Shown piece after piece: positions 1 to 12,586 of a stretch of DNA of 64,000 nucleotides. Numbering within the stretch: position 1 is the stretch's first letter; each line of letters starts with the position of its first letter. The position numbers and the translations under genes were made by a program. Source of the stretch: Pseudovirgaria hyperparasitica (lineage: Eukaryota); assembly GCA_010093815.1 (NCBI GenBank), contig ML996577.1; one strand, given 5' to 3'. The notes below the pieces were generated by a model, which worked only from the letters and a program-made list of their open reading frames with translations, did not search any database and was not told where the DNA came from.

Positions 1-621
1 CGCCAATCAAGTCAGATCGGACATATCTGGTGTAAGAGGGGGTGTCGTCTCACCACGTTGAATGAAGCAGGTTGCAAATATGTTCGAGGTGAGAAGACGG
101 ATATTCGAAGAAGTGACAAAGTGGTTGTATATTAAGAAGAGCACTGAGGTGACCGATCGCATGAATTGACAAGTCACCCCGGCGTCTTTATAGTATCATG
201 TCATGAGACTCGCATCGAGGCACAGTTTGATTCCTCTGCGGACGAAATAATGATGCAACATGCAGGAAAAGAGAAAGCTATTGGTGTGTTGTGATGCGGT
301 GCCAGCGACAGTCGTTGTTGTTGATGTTCCATGCCCCGCGTCCCCGACACATGTGGGTCAGTCATATCATATATCCTTGCGCAGTGGACCAGAATCGATG
401 TCTGTGATGGCGCTTTCTCCTGCATGGTTGCATCCCTCCAAGCTCTGACTGCATCTTATCGTCGATCATGTGCAGGCCATCCTTGAGTATTGGCCTGCAT
501 CTGTGCTCCCTGCATACCTTTCTCCCTAGCCTACATACGTAGCACCATGTTCTGCGCGTGTGGGCCTCGTGTTCTTCGCGCTGTAATAAGCATCAATGCG
601 TATTGTTACACTTTGTTCCTC

Positions 622-2712
622 TCAGGGTCGCGGGGTTATGTTGGTTTGACGTGTGGCGGCGATACCATGAATATTGGGCGGAGGTCCACTCGAAGACCAA
701 GTATTGGCCATAGGTCCGCCGACCTTCTTCTTCAGAACCTCGATGATCTTGGTTTCAGGCCCTTCTCTGATGGCAAACCGAAGTATTGTGTCTTTCTTCT
801 CCGCTATCTTCTTGTCGATGCCCACAGCATTACGGCCTGCTGGTCCGTAGAATCTGGTCAGTGTGGCATGCGCATGCCATTTTGCCATTGCTATGTTGTG
901 GTAGACGCCAATAATCTCCGTATTGGACTCCTTCTTGTGAGGGTCGAAATGTCCGTCATCATGCATTAACGTTACAATGTAAACAATGTCCAACTTGGCT
1001 ACACCAACATTCAATGTCACATCCGGGACTGTCATGGGGGTGACTTGAGCTATTAGCGAGCTTCGAGAACGCGCAGCTAGCATCTCTGGTGTTTTCGGAT
1101 CTTCTTGTAAAGGTCTTAGACCCTTTATTTCGATCCTGCTACATCCATCGGCCATGCTGTGTTCGCAGTTGAAGTCAGCCTTGGCAAAACCTTGTAAAAG
1201 ATGAGACCATGCTGCCCCATTCGCGGCCGGCTTTGTTGCGTATGTTCCAGCGCAATATACTGTTTGTATCTTGACCTCGTCAGACGGCGAGTCATGGGGC
1301 TCGATGTCCGCAACTACAACCGTATAGACTATCTTGTATTCCTCTTGTTTCGCGCGTTTCGGGGCTGGGCTTGCGTTTTCGAGCGTAGAGGCAGGAGTTT
1401 CTGCTTTCGCCTCTGCAGACCTTTTACGACTTTGCGATGGGGCCGTGGCTTCAGGCTGCAGTAGGTCGGAGCTTGCAGTGTCCTGTGCAGTGGAGGACGA
1501 CGAAGTTGCGGGGATGGCGTAGCCATCGTTGGAATTGCTCGAAGTATCCGGTTGAGGGGGCTCAGACCGGCTTTCATTGTCAATGCTCTCGCGTAACCGA
1601 CTAGCGAGATTTTCTTCTTCAGCTTGTTGCAAGCGTGCTTGATGCATCTGCTGGCCAGGAGTATTAAGATGTTGGACGGAAGGACTCATGTGCTGGTTCT
1701 GAGCACTGATATGCTGATTAGGAGAGCCCATGTGTTGGGCTGACTGTTGCAAGTGTTGTGCCGATGCAGTCAATGGTTGACTGCTCGTGCTCATGTGCTG
1801 ACTCGATGCATTTATTTGATGGGCAGTTGGGTTAATATGTTGGTTCGACGCGTTGTTTGGTAATCCATGACGAGGACTACTCTGGTAACCAAGACTAGGT
1901 GGAGTCTGTGTATTGTTTTGACTGTTACTCTGGTTCAACGAAGTCTGGATTGGCGTATGTGTATCTTGTCTAGATCGTCGCTGTGGCTGGGGCTGAGGCT
2001 GCTGTTGCTGCTGTTGCTGCTGCTGCTGCTGTTGTTGCTGCTGTTGCTGTTGCTGCTGCTGTTGTTGCTGTTGCTGCCCAAGCATACTACTTGGCAGGCC
2101 ACGCGGGCTCTGGGTAATAGACTCGTTGGCACGATGTTGCTGCATGTTTTGAGGGTATATGAATTGTGGCATTTGCTGCATTCCAGAGGGGGCACCAGAG
2201 TAATTGTTAAATTCCATCGGGAGCTGCGGCGGTTGTTGATGGTGCTGTGTTTGTTGTGGCGGCTGCTGCTGCTGTTGTTGATGCTGCTGTTGGGTATGGG
2301 TTTGGGCGTGATTCTGTCCATGTGCCTGCGTGTGGGTTGACGAATGACTCTGGTGACTTGAGGCATGATTCTGAGGATGGTTCTGGACGTGATTTGGGGC
2401 GTGGCCCTGCGCGTGATTCTGCGGATGGTTCTGAACATGGTTCTGAGGATGACTGGGATGAGTCTGCCCGTGCGTCTGGGTATGGCTTTGCTGATGATTT
2501 GAGGCATGGGACTGAGGAGCCGGCTGCGCGTAATGGGAGTACTGGCTGTGACCATACCTTTGAGGCATATGAGGTGGCAGCGTGCTGTAGGCAGTTGGCG
2601 GAGCGTGGCCTTGGGGATGGTCATTCTGCGTGGAGAAGGGTGGGAATTGAAGTTGATTTGCATTCGCGTTCGCCCTTGGTGGTATCGCACCGCGCTGGGA
2701 CGGAGCTGGCAT
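622..2712 (-). CDS. Hypothetical protein with Q/H/N-rich low-complexity N-terminus and a folded-looking C-terminal domain
   Basis: Long single ORF (622..2787 in the track); first ATG at 2712 (MPAPSQRG), 696 aa; polyQ tracts; no recognised family. Confidence 0.8.
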   Translation of the reverse strand: MPAPSQRGAIPPRANANANQLQFPPFSTQNDHPQGHAPPTAYSTLPPHMPQRYGHSQYSHYAQPAPQSHASNHQQSHTQTHGQTHPSHPQNHVQNHPQNHAQGHAPNHVQNHPQNHASSHQSHSSTHTQAHGQNHAQTHTQQQHQQQQQQPPQQTQHHQQPPQLPMEFNNYSGAPSGMQQMPQFIYPQNMQQHRANESITQSPRGLPSSMLGQQQQQQQQQQQQQQQQQQQQQQQQQQPQPQPQRRSRQDTHTPIQTSLNQSNSQNNTQTPPSLGYQSSPRHGLPNNASNQHINPTAHQINASSQHMSTSSQPLTASAQHLQQSAQHMGSPNQHISAQNQHMSPSVQHLNTPGQQMHQARLQQAEEENLASRLRESIDNESRSEPPQPDTSSNSNDGYAIPATSSSSTAQDTASSDLLQPEATAPSQSRKRSAEAKAETPASTLENASPAPKRAKQEEYKIVYTVVVADIEPHDSPSDEVKIQTVYCAGTYATKPAANGAAWSHLLQGFAKADFNCEHSMADGCSRIEIKGLRPLQEDPKTPEMLAARSRSSLIAQVTPMTVPDVTLNVGVAKLDIVYIVTLMHDDGHFDPHKKESNTEIIGVYHNIAMAKWHAHATLTRFYGPAGRNAVGIDKKIAEKKDTILRFAIREGPETKIIEVLKKKVGGPMANTWSSSGPPPNIHGIAATRQTNITPRP
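1999..2076 (-). repeat. CAG/CAA trinucleotide tract encoding polyglutamine
   Basis: Continuous ctg/ttg run on the + strand. Confidence 0.95.
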
Positions 2713-4793
2713 CTTTGAAAATGCGCAAAAGGCTCGGCTGCATAGTTGATCGAATATGTGAGGGTTTTGGCGATGGCTGGCTCTCACACGCGTGAAGAGG
2801 CCAGAACCGCTACCGCTGCCTCGATCGCCGCTTACCTAAGGCCAACTCAGGTTGGATTGCCAAGCCAGTATCGATCTCTCGCCCCCGTGTCCCGGTCTTC
2901 CATTTTACTACCTTAGGCAGGACGTCCGCGCCGACACAACATGATGAATATTCGACAGCGCTCATCAGTCTTTCAAGTCTGACTCTATATATGCTCATAG
3001 CTTTCTGTCTCCGTTAATGCTAATCCTTGACATCAACTCCCTTCTAATCAGCTAGGAGTAGAGTCACCTGTATGCCGCCATATATTGAGAATAGACAGAT
3101 TTTATATACGGACTGAGTTCTCCTGAATCATCGACAGATCCCAGAATGTCTCAGAGTAAGTACATATTTCTTGTGGTAATGACTGATCTATACTGACCTG
3201 TTCAAGAACCAAGACAACTCATCGAGGCTGGATATTACGTACTCACCTGAGAAGTTGTTTGGACTACAAAACAATGCATGACATGAAGCACTCAATAATA
3301 GCAACTAGTCGGTTTCTTGAAGCTCACAGTGAAATAAGGGAGGATCGTGTGCGATCACTCTGTGGACTTTGGTCTTAAAGCCTTACTTCGGTTCACATGG
3401 GAGGGAGACGGGAGAACACAATGGCAATCTAACCTCCATATGAATATGGCACCATAAAAGAAGCTAGTTCTCCGATTGTGAGTCGTCGACGGCCAGGTCA
3501 CTTGCTATCGTTCGCTACCAGCGCACCACTGTTGGGCGCGTTCATATCTGATGTGACCATGAACTCTCCAGTCTTTTTCCAAGCATCAAACCGAGACTAT
3601 TCTCGTGATGGCAGGTTCTAGCAAGGCCGCGCTAAATACAGCTATACAGTCGATATCGAGGCATGGGCTGATAGGACAGATGCAATGTTGGTTGTCAATC
3701 TGAGGCTACAGCCGATAATTGCTTATAGAGCTTCATTCTCGGTATCTGATCACAGCTTGACACGCGCACTTGTCCTCGAATGATGTCGTAAAGTACAGCT
3801 CGGTGTGGTCCTCGTAAGCGAGACAATGTTCGAATCAATAGTCTGGCTACCATCTGGAACTGTGAGCTATATTTACTTGAATTTCAAAAGCGGTTAGGTT
3901 ATGTCCATCTATCCATCCATCCATCCATACATAGCACAGCCACTCCAGGCTCCTTGGATTACCTAAGCTAGTAAGGTATCCGCTCCACCGGTAAGATGCC
4001 GTCTTATAATACTGATATTTATTCTCTACAGACGAGTCTGTATTTTGTATGATGGTCGATATACTGCTAATAGACAGACTTGAGACTAGCGAAAGCTGTA
4101 ATGAAATTGATGGTAACAGATAGTCATGTCCGTGTTTACAGGCAGCCACAATAGGTATTATCGGTCCTAGGCCATCGAGTACTAACTAGCGTGCATCATC
4201 CATGAAGCGTCATGGTGGCCCACTACGGTGTTGCTTGCGGGTCCACTGGGGGCTTGTCGGCCAGCCTGCCATTCAGTATTAAATGTCAGGTAGCTATCCA
4301 TATTTCTTCCTTTGTCCACCTCCACACACTCAAATAAACGCCATTGCATAGCCAGCGCCCTCCGCTGACATCCTTTCGTTCGGCTGAGCTTGTTCATCAT
4401 CATCATCATCAATCTCTCCGTCTCCGCCCGCTGTCCTTGCTAGGTACTTCGGACAGCCGTCCCACCTCACGCGTCGATCTACTTGCCATATCCCGTCAAT
4501 ACACGTATCATACAGTCACTTATCGAACCACCTCCAGCTATAGTCAGCTCTAGCAATGTTACTTGCCTAGACACCAAACGCCGGCCCTGTGCTACGGTTC
4601 AGCTTGATTGTCACGAAACATCTGTGCCGTACGCCTACTCACATTACCTTCAAACGTCCATCGATACCTTGTTCGCTACTTCACGAGGCCAAAGAACATA
4701 TCTTGCGTTATCGCAATCCTTCCCATACTCGGTCACATCCGTACAACATTAGTATTACAGAGGGCAGCGCATAATGCTGGACGGACTGCTAAC

Positions 4794-7700
4794 ATGGAGA
4801 CTACGGAGACCAATTTCGAGCACAGCTTCCAGAGCGTTACCACCCCTCGAAGGCTACGTTTCAAGAGAAGGGCATACCATTCTGGGTCTCTACAATGGGC
4901 TTTCTGCCTTACGTTCTTAGCCACATGCTCGTCAATCCTTTCGACAGTGTCTGCCGCCTTTATAAACTTCGAGAACTGCTTGTCTCGAGGCGTCACACAG
5001 TCCCATCCGCTCCTATTACAGTTCATACCTACCAACGTATCTGTACATCTGAACACGACAGCGACGACACCAAGCTTGAACTTCACAATTTACGGAAATG
5101 TATCCGGACAGACCACAGATGAGCCATATCGTGGTGCCAGTGACCCCAGGTGGCTCGATGCAAACGACACGTTCGGCAAGATCATAGATTCCTCGGGCGG
5201 TAAGCGAGCGACGCTCTTTTCGAGGTTCAATGTTCTATCTTACAGGGCTTATAATGCTCCGCCCAGCGCCTTTTGCGAAAATGTTCTGAACGAGCCCTGC
5301 CCGCTGAGACCTGCCTTCAATGTCTCTGGGTCAGACCTGAGCGCCGTCCCGGGCTTCACGGTCTCACTACCTTTGTACAGCACTTACGCCTTTGCGACCC
5401 TCGCTGGAACTATCTCGATACAAGCTGCTGGATCAGGCGACACCGTTGCTTGCGTCTCGGCGAACGTTACGCCTGACTTGGGTAACACTATAGCCTCCGT
5501 CTTGACGTATCTACCTGCCGCTATTCTGATTCTGGTGGCTATTGCTACTGTATCTGCGGCAATATTTAGTCCCTGGGGTACTTCAAATATCTTTCGATGG
5601 ACAAGTAATTACGGCCGCGATGAGGATCTTCTGCGCCTTGTCACACCAGGATTTGGTGACTGCTTGCAGTATATTCAATTCATCGTTCTGTCTGGAAGTC
5701 TGAGCTTGAACTACCCTGGATTCTACCAACCAGTCGTCAGCCAGGCGGCGTGGTCTATGCTAGCCTTCAACAACAGCTTCGTTAGCCATGGTGATGGATA
5801 CCAAAGCCTTGAAGATGGAATGTATAACGTGAATGGAACTCATGGTCTTACCCGACTTCGACAGTATGTCGGTCAAACCAGAGATGACGACTTGTGGGCC
5901 GGATTTGCAGTATACCTTCTTGGTATCTCCCTCGCCGTTGTGATCCTCAGCCAGCTTGGCTTCCTTCTTCGTTGGGGCGCCCGCGCAGTCTCGCGTGTCC
6001 AGGATGGAGATCTACGCAGTATGAATGTTCCGTTCACTTTCGGCAACTTGATTAGAATCTCCTTCAACTACTTTTTGCTACCAATTGTGGCACTATCACT
6101 ATATCAGTTGGTTATCGCTCCAGACTCCAAAGCCGCCGTGGTCGCAACTGCCACCATCATGCTCATAGCAATATTCGGAGCTGCGGTCTGGATCTTCCGG
6201 CTTATATTTACCACTCGGCCACGCGCTCATCTGTTCGATGATCTTCCCACTTTGCTCCTGTACGGTCCCCTCTACAACACTTATTCTGACGATGCTGCTC
6301 CGTTCGCATTCATTCCCGTGCTCCTCACCCTCATCCGAGGCGTCACCATCGGCGCCGTGCAACCGTCAGGCATAGCTCAGCTTGTCGTGTTGGCAATCTG
6401 CGAGGTCATTTTGATGCTAACTTTACACGCATTCCGCCCCTTTCAAGCTCCAACGTCCATGAACGCTTACCACACTTTCTTCGCAGTCGTCAGATTAGTC
6501 GCCGTCTTGCTTTCTGTATCGTTCGTCCCGTCGCTTGAGGTTTCGGAGGCTATAAAAGGATGGATAGGCTATGTTGTACTGTTACTGCATGCCATAGTAC
6601 TGATTTTTGGCTTCTTCTTGAACGCTTTGCAGACCATCATTGAGGTTGTCGCAAGACTCCTGGGTGCCGGTGGCGAAGCTAGGGGCGGATTGGCCACCGT
6701 GTTTGGCAAACGCCAACTCTCTAAACGCGGAAGACATCGACGAAACCAACGGAGTAGCATGAGCTCTCAAGCGGCTATGCTTACAGCAGAACGTGACATA
6801 AAGTCTCCTGGAACTGATGGACGAACGAGGAGTCTTTCTGCTAGTTCGGCAATTCTACTCGGAGGTCGAGCCAGCAGTGGCTTCGACCAGTTCAGTCAAG
6901 GTGGCGACTATGGCACACCTCGCAGAGTCAGCCCTGGGGGTACGGCTAGTCCCCTCCCGTCTGCCATGAGCGGCAGCATATCAGCGCGTACTTCTCGCAG
7001 ACCAACCATGGGATCAATTCCAGGCGAAACATCCGACACTTTCTACCGAACTCCGAGAATGCGGCGTCCGACGATAGAGATGATAACTGGTGGGGATCCA
7101 GATGGTGAATCTTGGGCCCACGGCGAACAACATAACCTGTCTTCCCGAGACGGGGAAGAATATACAGGGACTGGAGATTTGGCAGATGCAGGTGAGGGCT
7201 CTTCGACCCGCGATGGGGTCGCTCCGGCATATCTGAGAGTGCAGAGAGAAGATTCCGATGTGAACCCACCGGAAGGCCTGCGGACTACTGACTATGCCGT
7301 GCGAGAATCAGACTTCTATTACGGTGTGAGCAGAGGCCCTGCGCTGTCAAGCCAGCCAACACGACGGTTGAAGACGGGGCCCGCAGACCCGACAGGTCCC
7401 GTGGCATCTGCCACTGGATGGATCAAAGGCTTCTTTGGAACGAAGAGAAGAGATAAAGGCAAAGGCTTCGAAGTGGTGCGGTCTACACGAGCACCTCCAG
7501 AGATGACTCCTCTCGAGGAGGTCATTTCTCCAGGCGAACGTGAACCTTACCGAGATGAACCAGAAGCCGCCAGCCGGGTTCGTGAAGGCGGGACGGATAC
7601 GTCTTACAGTGGTGACGTTGAGCAGAACGCTCTTCCAGTCATTCGCGTACCTGCGAGTGCGCCAGCCCTAGCACCCATTGAGGGTATTGGTGGACTAGAT

Positions 7701-8180
7701 CTACCAAGCAAGTGGGGATCCCAGGTCAGTTCAAGATTTCCAGGAGACCGGGGTGCCTTTGAGGTTGGCATTCCAAAAATACCTCGAAGGAGCTCAAAAA
7801 GAAACTCCTTCGCCGATGCAGCCATGATAACCGATACGGTCGATCTACGTCCCACCGCAAGTCAAGCCACGATTCCCATTCATCTCCCCTTCCGATCAGA
7901 CGATCTTTCGCCTTCTCCAGAACGAGGTCCTTCGAATGCATCCAGCTATGGTGGTGTGGGCCAGGAATATACAGGTCAACCAGTGTCCCCAATCGAGGGA
8001 GATATCAGTACAACTGTATTGCCATCTTCTGATCGTCCCGTCAGTACGGGCTATGTCCAACATCACGTCGCTAGCGACAATATCCGTCCTGGCATTTATC
8101 GGTTGAGTTCGGGAACACAAGCCGAGCTTGTTGATTATACAGCAGGAAGAGATCTAAGCCCTGATCATACGCGCGGCTGA
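4794..8180 (+). CDS. FLC/TRP-like family membrane protein (N-terminal ML-like domain, multiple TM helices, disordered C-tail)
   Basis: Intronless ORF; motifs TPGFGDCLQYIQF, LSLNYPGFYQP, LLYGPLYNTY typical of fungal TRP/Flc proteins; ATG at 4794 is the most likely start. Confidence 0.85.
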   Translation: METTETNFEHSFQSVTTPRRLRFKRRAYHSGSLQWAFCLTFLATCSSILSTVSAAFINFENCLSRGVTQSHPLLLQFIPTNVSVHLNTTATTPSLNFTIYGNVSGQTTDEPYRGASDPRWLDANDTFGKIIDSSGGKRATLFSRFNVLSYRAYNAPPSAFCENVLNEPCPLRPAFNVSGSDLSAVPGFTVSLPLYSTYAFATLAGTISIQAAGSGDTVACVSANVTPDLGNTIASVLTYLPAAILILVAIATVSAAIFSPWGTSNIFRWTSNYGRDEDLLRLVTPGFGDCLQYIQFIVLSGSLSLNYPGFYQPVVSQAAWSMLAFNNSFVSHGDGYQSLEDGMYNVNGTHGLTRLRQYVGQTRDDDLWAGFAVYLLGISLAVVILSQLGFLLRWGARAVSRVQDGDLRSMNVPFTFGNLIRISFNYFLLPIVALSLYQLVIAPDSKAAVVATATIMLIAIFGAAVWIFRLIFTTRPRAHLFDDLPTLLLYGPLYNTYSDDAAPFAFIPVLLTLIRGVTIGAVQPSGIAQLVVLAICEVILMLTLHAFRPFQAPTSMNAYHTFFAVVRLVAVLLSVSFVPSLEVSEAIKGWIGYVVLLLHAIVLIFGFFLNALQTIIEVVARLLGAGGEARGGLATVFGKRQLSKRGRHRRNQRSSMSSQAAMLTAERDIKSPGTDGRTRSLSASSAILLGGRASSGFDQFSQGGDYGTPRRVSPGGTASPLPSAMSGSISARTSRRPTMGSIPGETSDTFYRTPRMRRPTIEMITGGDPDGESWAHGEQHNLSSRDGEEYTGTGDLADAGEGSSTRDGVAPAYLRVQREDSDVNPPEGLRTTDYAVRESDFYYGVSRGPALSSQPTRRLKTGPADPTGPVASATGWIKGFFGTKRRDKGKGFEVVRSTRAPPEMTPLEEVISPGEREPYRDEPEAASRVREGGTDTSYSGDVEQNALPVIRVPASAPALAPIEGIGGLDLPSKWGSQVSSRFPGDRGAFEVGIPKIPRRSSKRNSFADAAMITDTVDLRPTASQATIPIHLPFRSDDLSPSPERGPSNASSYGGVGQEYTGQPVSPIEGDISTTVLPSSDRPVSTGYVQHHVASDNIRPGIYRLSSGTQAELVDYTAGRDLSPDHTRG

Positions 8181-9173
8181 CAATGGTGCAAAAAAACGAG
8201 GCAGCACACCTACATTGAAAGCGGACCACGCCTCACACCTATACTCGGGGCGTAACGAGACGAATTCCATTGAGTCACAATACGAAGCGATGGCGTTGGT
8301 GAGGTGGCATTTACGATGAGGGTATGGAGTAAAACAAGGTGTATCAAATACAACGGGTGTGCAGGGCATAATACCCAAGAACAAGATTTAGTAATGGTCA
8401 GATGTAGCAGGCTTCTGCAAAGAAAAGGGCTGCTACACATAAAATAGCTGTAGGATATGCCATAATAGTGAATGAGTTCTCAGTCAAGCATGAGCTTTCT
8501 TCCTACATTTTTATTAGTTTCCATCAGCCAGGAGACTGTAACTAGCCATCATGACCTAAGTGGTAAGTTTAAATAGTTTGGAGTAATCACAGGCCTGTCA
8601 GTTTGTCACTTGGTGGGTCGATTGGCGAGTCAGTCAGGTCGCCGGGAGCGGGGCCGAGAGACAGGGCTAGGTACTGTAGTGATACCTGGTGATCCACAGA
8701 TAAGGCAGTACCTCAGGCAGTAAGTATTAGCTCGATTCTCTACTCTCCACTCCCATAACCTTCCATGGGCTTCAAATCACTTCATGAACTTCCTCTTCAC
8801 TTATCTTTGTCCATATGCTTAACGTCACTCTTACCGACTGTGCCCTTGTTGGGATCTGGTATACTAGTGTCGTACCGAACTGCACAGCATAACCCATCAA
8901 TACGCTTGACCGGTACGCGCGGATTTAGCAAGTTCAAGCCATTGTGAGTGTTTATATGATGAAGCCATACCACTTTCTCCCATGCACTGCCACTGATATG
9001 CTCCCCATCATAGTCTATGAAACCTGAGCTCTGTTTAATACGCTGAGAACGGATACCTCTTACCATCCTCCTCTCGTTCCATAGAATCGGTCCTCACTAC
9101 ATCACACGACCTATCCACCCACTCCCGTGCTCGTCACTGACAGCCGCCCCCCCCTGAGCAATCGTCCCCACCT

Positions 9174-11328
9174 ATGCACAGAAACTCGCAGAGTAGCTAC
9201 ATTCCACATACAAGTGCCTCTTCGTCACGTAACGCTACGACTGGCTCGCCTCAGAGCCGGGACGACCAACGTCGCCTGAGCGTAAGAGAGGGCTATGAAC
9301 ACTTTAGGCGAGCCGATGTGGACTCCAGGGCCATATACCATCCCCAAACCGGTGGCTCCTACGCAGATGAGCGTAACGGAGAGACTTGGCTAGATTTTAT
9401 AAGGAACAGAGAGGAGCCTGAAGCTAGTGAGCGAGTGTCGAACCCTGCGGCTTTACGAAGCAGACGTCCAGCTGCTCCGGCTTACTTAAACACTTCTGGT
9501 CACCGTGAAGGGACTGATGCACGCAAGAGACGTTTGACTGCTCCAGAAAGTCCAGGCAGAAGACACGGAAACGGGCCACCGCATAGTGAAGATAATCGCG
9601 CCCCGGGAGTCATTTCACGATACAGGCCTTCTATTCCACTGTCATACAGCAGTAGGGAAGAGTATGTTGGTCGTGATCTTCAAAATCCATCGGCCATGGA
9701 AATTGTAGACTCCATGCCACAAAACTCGGATATTGCAGACCAACCTAGCTCCATGTCTACAGATTTCAGTGCACTCGAGCCTCCAGGTCGCAATGATGTT
9801 ATACTTCCTCTTTGGCAACCGGATCATGAAGTTTCCAAGTGCCCTATATGCGGAAATTTCTTTGGTCTGTTCTACAGGCGACACCATTGCCGGTACGTCA
9901 ACATCGAGACACGCTTCCACATTCACCCCAAAGATGACGCGCTTGGCCGTTTCCAGCCCCTTGCTTGCTGAATGTTTGCGCATAACGCATGGCCTGTGCC
10001 CTGATACTGACCTTCTTTTTAATAGGAAATGCGGCCGTGTCGTCTGCGCAAATTGTTCTCCCCATCGTATAACGATACCACGGCAATTCGTTGTACACCC
10101 ACCTTCGCCTACAAGCGGCGGTTCCTATTTCAATTCTGATCTGGATGATATTGGAGGCAATCCTACAATGACGAATCCCATGAACAATCCAGCGCTCGGT
10201 GGAGGCGATGAGGTTAGGGTGTGCAATCCTTGCGTCCCAGATCCAAATCTAAGCCCACCGCCTCAGCAGCATCGCTTAATTGATGGCTCGACATTTCCAA
10301 ATTTCTGGGCAGAAGATCGGGTAGCACATCAGCAGCGCGAAAACTCGCATACAAGCACGAGGCACGATAACAGTGGCAGCTCACCTATGCCTTCGCGTTC
10401 TTCGCTTCATAGACCTTCCTATTCCATCAGTGGACCGTCGGTGGTACCACCAAACATTCACAGTCGCCCACGCAATTATGATGGACGTACTGGGCTCTAC
10501 CAATCATCACCAACAAACAGTCAGAATTCCACCTCTCAGTTACTTACTTCATCGCTGCCTCAGATGCACCGGTATCAACACATGAATCGTCAGCTCGACT
10601 CCATGCGAGCGCAGAGAAGACCAATACAACGCCAGTCGTCAGACGCAAATGCCTACTTTAACACCACGTCCGCCTACAATACTGGACCAGATATCACACC
10701 CAACCCGTTTCTACCAGACCCTTCGTCTCCTCTCCATGCTCATACAAGTCATCCGATGCCCGCCCAACAGCGACCGCAGATTGCGGAAGAAGACGAGTGT
10801 CCGATATGCCAGCAAGAACTCCCACCCAAGGGCCCGGATGGGAGCGAGACTGAACGCGAAGCACACGTCATGGACTGTATCGCATCAAACTTCGTGCCAT
10901 CTTCTACACCATCTGGCAGTGCTGCGGCTATGCCGTCCCCTTCTATTCTAGCAGGCACGGCTGTCGCTCCACCAATGCCGTCACCGAGGCAGAATGCTGC
11001 TCCGGCCCGGTCGTCTTCAACAAGTGATGCAGTCCCAAGCAGCTCCTCACGGCCTCGGCGGCAAACAGCAAGTCGGATGCTGCTGTATCGTGCGACGGAG
11101 AAAGACTGTTTCGACAAGGATGGAGATATACAAGAGTGTGTCATCTGCTTCGAGGAGTTTGCAGAGGGGGATGAAATGGGGAGGCTGGAGTGTTTGTGCA
11201 AGTTCCATAAGGTATGTTAGTCTAGGTAGCGTACGACTTGGGTGAACTAACAGCGATAGACGTGCATTCGCAAATGGTGGGAAACGAAAGGCCAGGGGAG
11301 CTGTCCTACCCACCAGCTTCATGGCTAG
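9174..11328 (+). CDS. PIB1: FYVE + C-terminal RING domain protein (Pib1-like E3 ligase); exons 9174-9892, 10026-11211, 11260-11328
   Basis: WQPD..C-P-I-C..RRHHCRKCGRVVCANC FYVE motif rebuilt across intron 1; ECVICFEEF..RLECLCKFHKTCIRKWW..CPTH RING-H2 rebuilt across intron 2. Confidence 0.85.
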
Positions 11329-12586
11329 ATGTCGTCGTGGAAGGCGTTTGGGATTGTATAACTGGAGTTCATGGCATTCTGCAGTACACTCCAGCGAGTT
11401 CTAGCATCGATCGCTTCGAATGCATGATTGAAGTCATCACACTAGCTCACTTGCTTACTTGTCGTGCCTTACTACGTGCAATTGCGCTGACTCGGTGTAT
11501 CTAGCTTTACTGTCCGCAAGCCCATTGTCTGTTAATTGGCGTTAGTATTACTGATCTATGGTGATTAACCTTCGTTCAAATGTTCTGAAGGCAATCATGA
11601 TTACCTATAGAGAACAGTGAGCAGTGGCTACTCTCTCTGCGGCAATATAAGCCTGATCGAAGTCCCGTGTCTGCAGCTGACATGTATAACTGGGATGGTA
11701 ATAAGCGGCGAGACTGCCAATTATCGTGTCGAGCCTTTCCTGGTTGTTCACAGGTCGAATGATAGCTTCCTCACTGGGCTTGGGCTTACATTCATGAGGC
11801 CGATCGACATGACAAACAAGCACAAGGAATGACGTTCGTCTGCATGAGACTATATCTTGGTGGTCATCTTCGGTGGCCAACTCCGAAAGGACACACTACA
11901 GTGGTAGTAGTGACGTAGTTATCTGTCTTTGGAATATCCAGAATGTTACGCATTCAGGCATGGCTAGAGGCTAAGCCGCGCATCCTTCGCTTCTATGTGC
12001 TAGGCCTATTTCTTCTGGCTGTCTGTTGATAGATTTGCAGATCTACGCTTAATTAGTAGATCCAAGCTTCCATCATTAGCAAATAGTATGGCTAGTACAA
12101 GTAAGTGCCGGAGCTAAGTACTACTTCTATAGATGGTAGAAGGTTTTGCGTATCTTAGGCCAAAGTATAAAAACACGTAGAAGTACTCTGTAGCGGTCTA
12201 GCTTCTCCCTCTGCTGCGCAGTACTGTACACGACTCGTAGACATGAGCGATTTTTGAGAGCGCAAGGACGTCGCATGTTACTGATCAAACCGCTAAGATG
12301 TATAAGTAAAAGGCTATGATAGAACATCAACAAGTCGCACAGACCTGACTCGTTAATTAAGCTTGGACATTGATCATTAATATGATGTTACTGGCGCTCG
12401 CTTATGTCAAGCGAAAGAAATGTCGCCAATAGACGGTCATCACAACTCGATTATTGGACGTCAGTCAGACATGGTGCCAGATGCTGACATGCGCTGCACG
12501 CTCATATATTTTCTGATTACCAGTACTTAAAGTAGTGAGTGCCGCAACGAATATCGCGCCAGCGAAGATCCTCGACCGTTTGCAAG

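Noticed and set aside
1867..2795. Leu-, Ala- and Ser-rich ORFs overlapping gene 1
   Set aside because: Antisense or alternate-frame shadows of the CAG/CAA repeats
9893..10025. Long PIB1 intron with ATGACG and CTGA motifs as a second snoRNA
   Set aside because: Weak box C and no recognisable rRNA or snRNA guide
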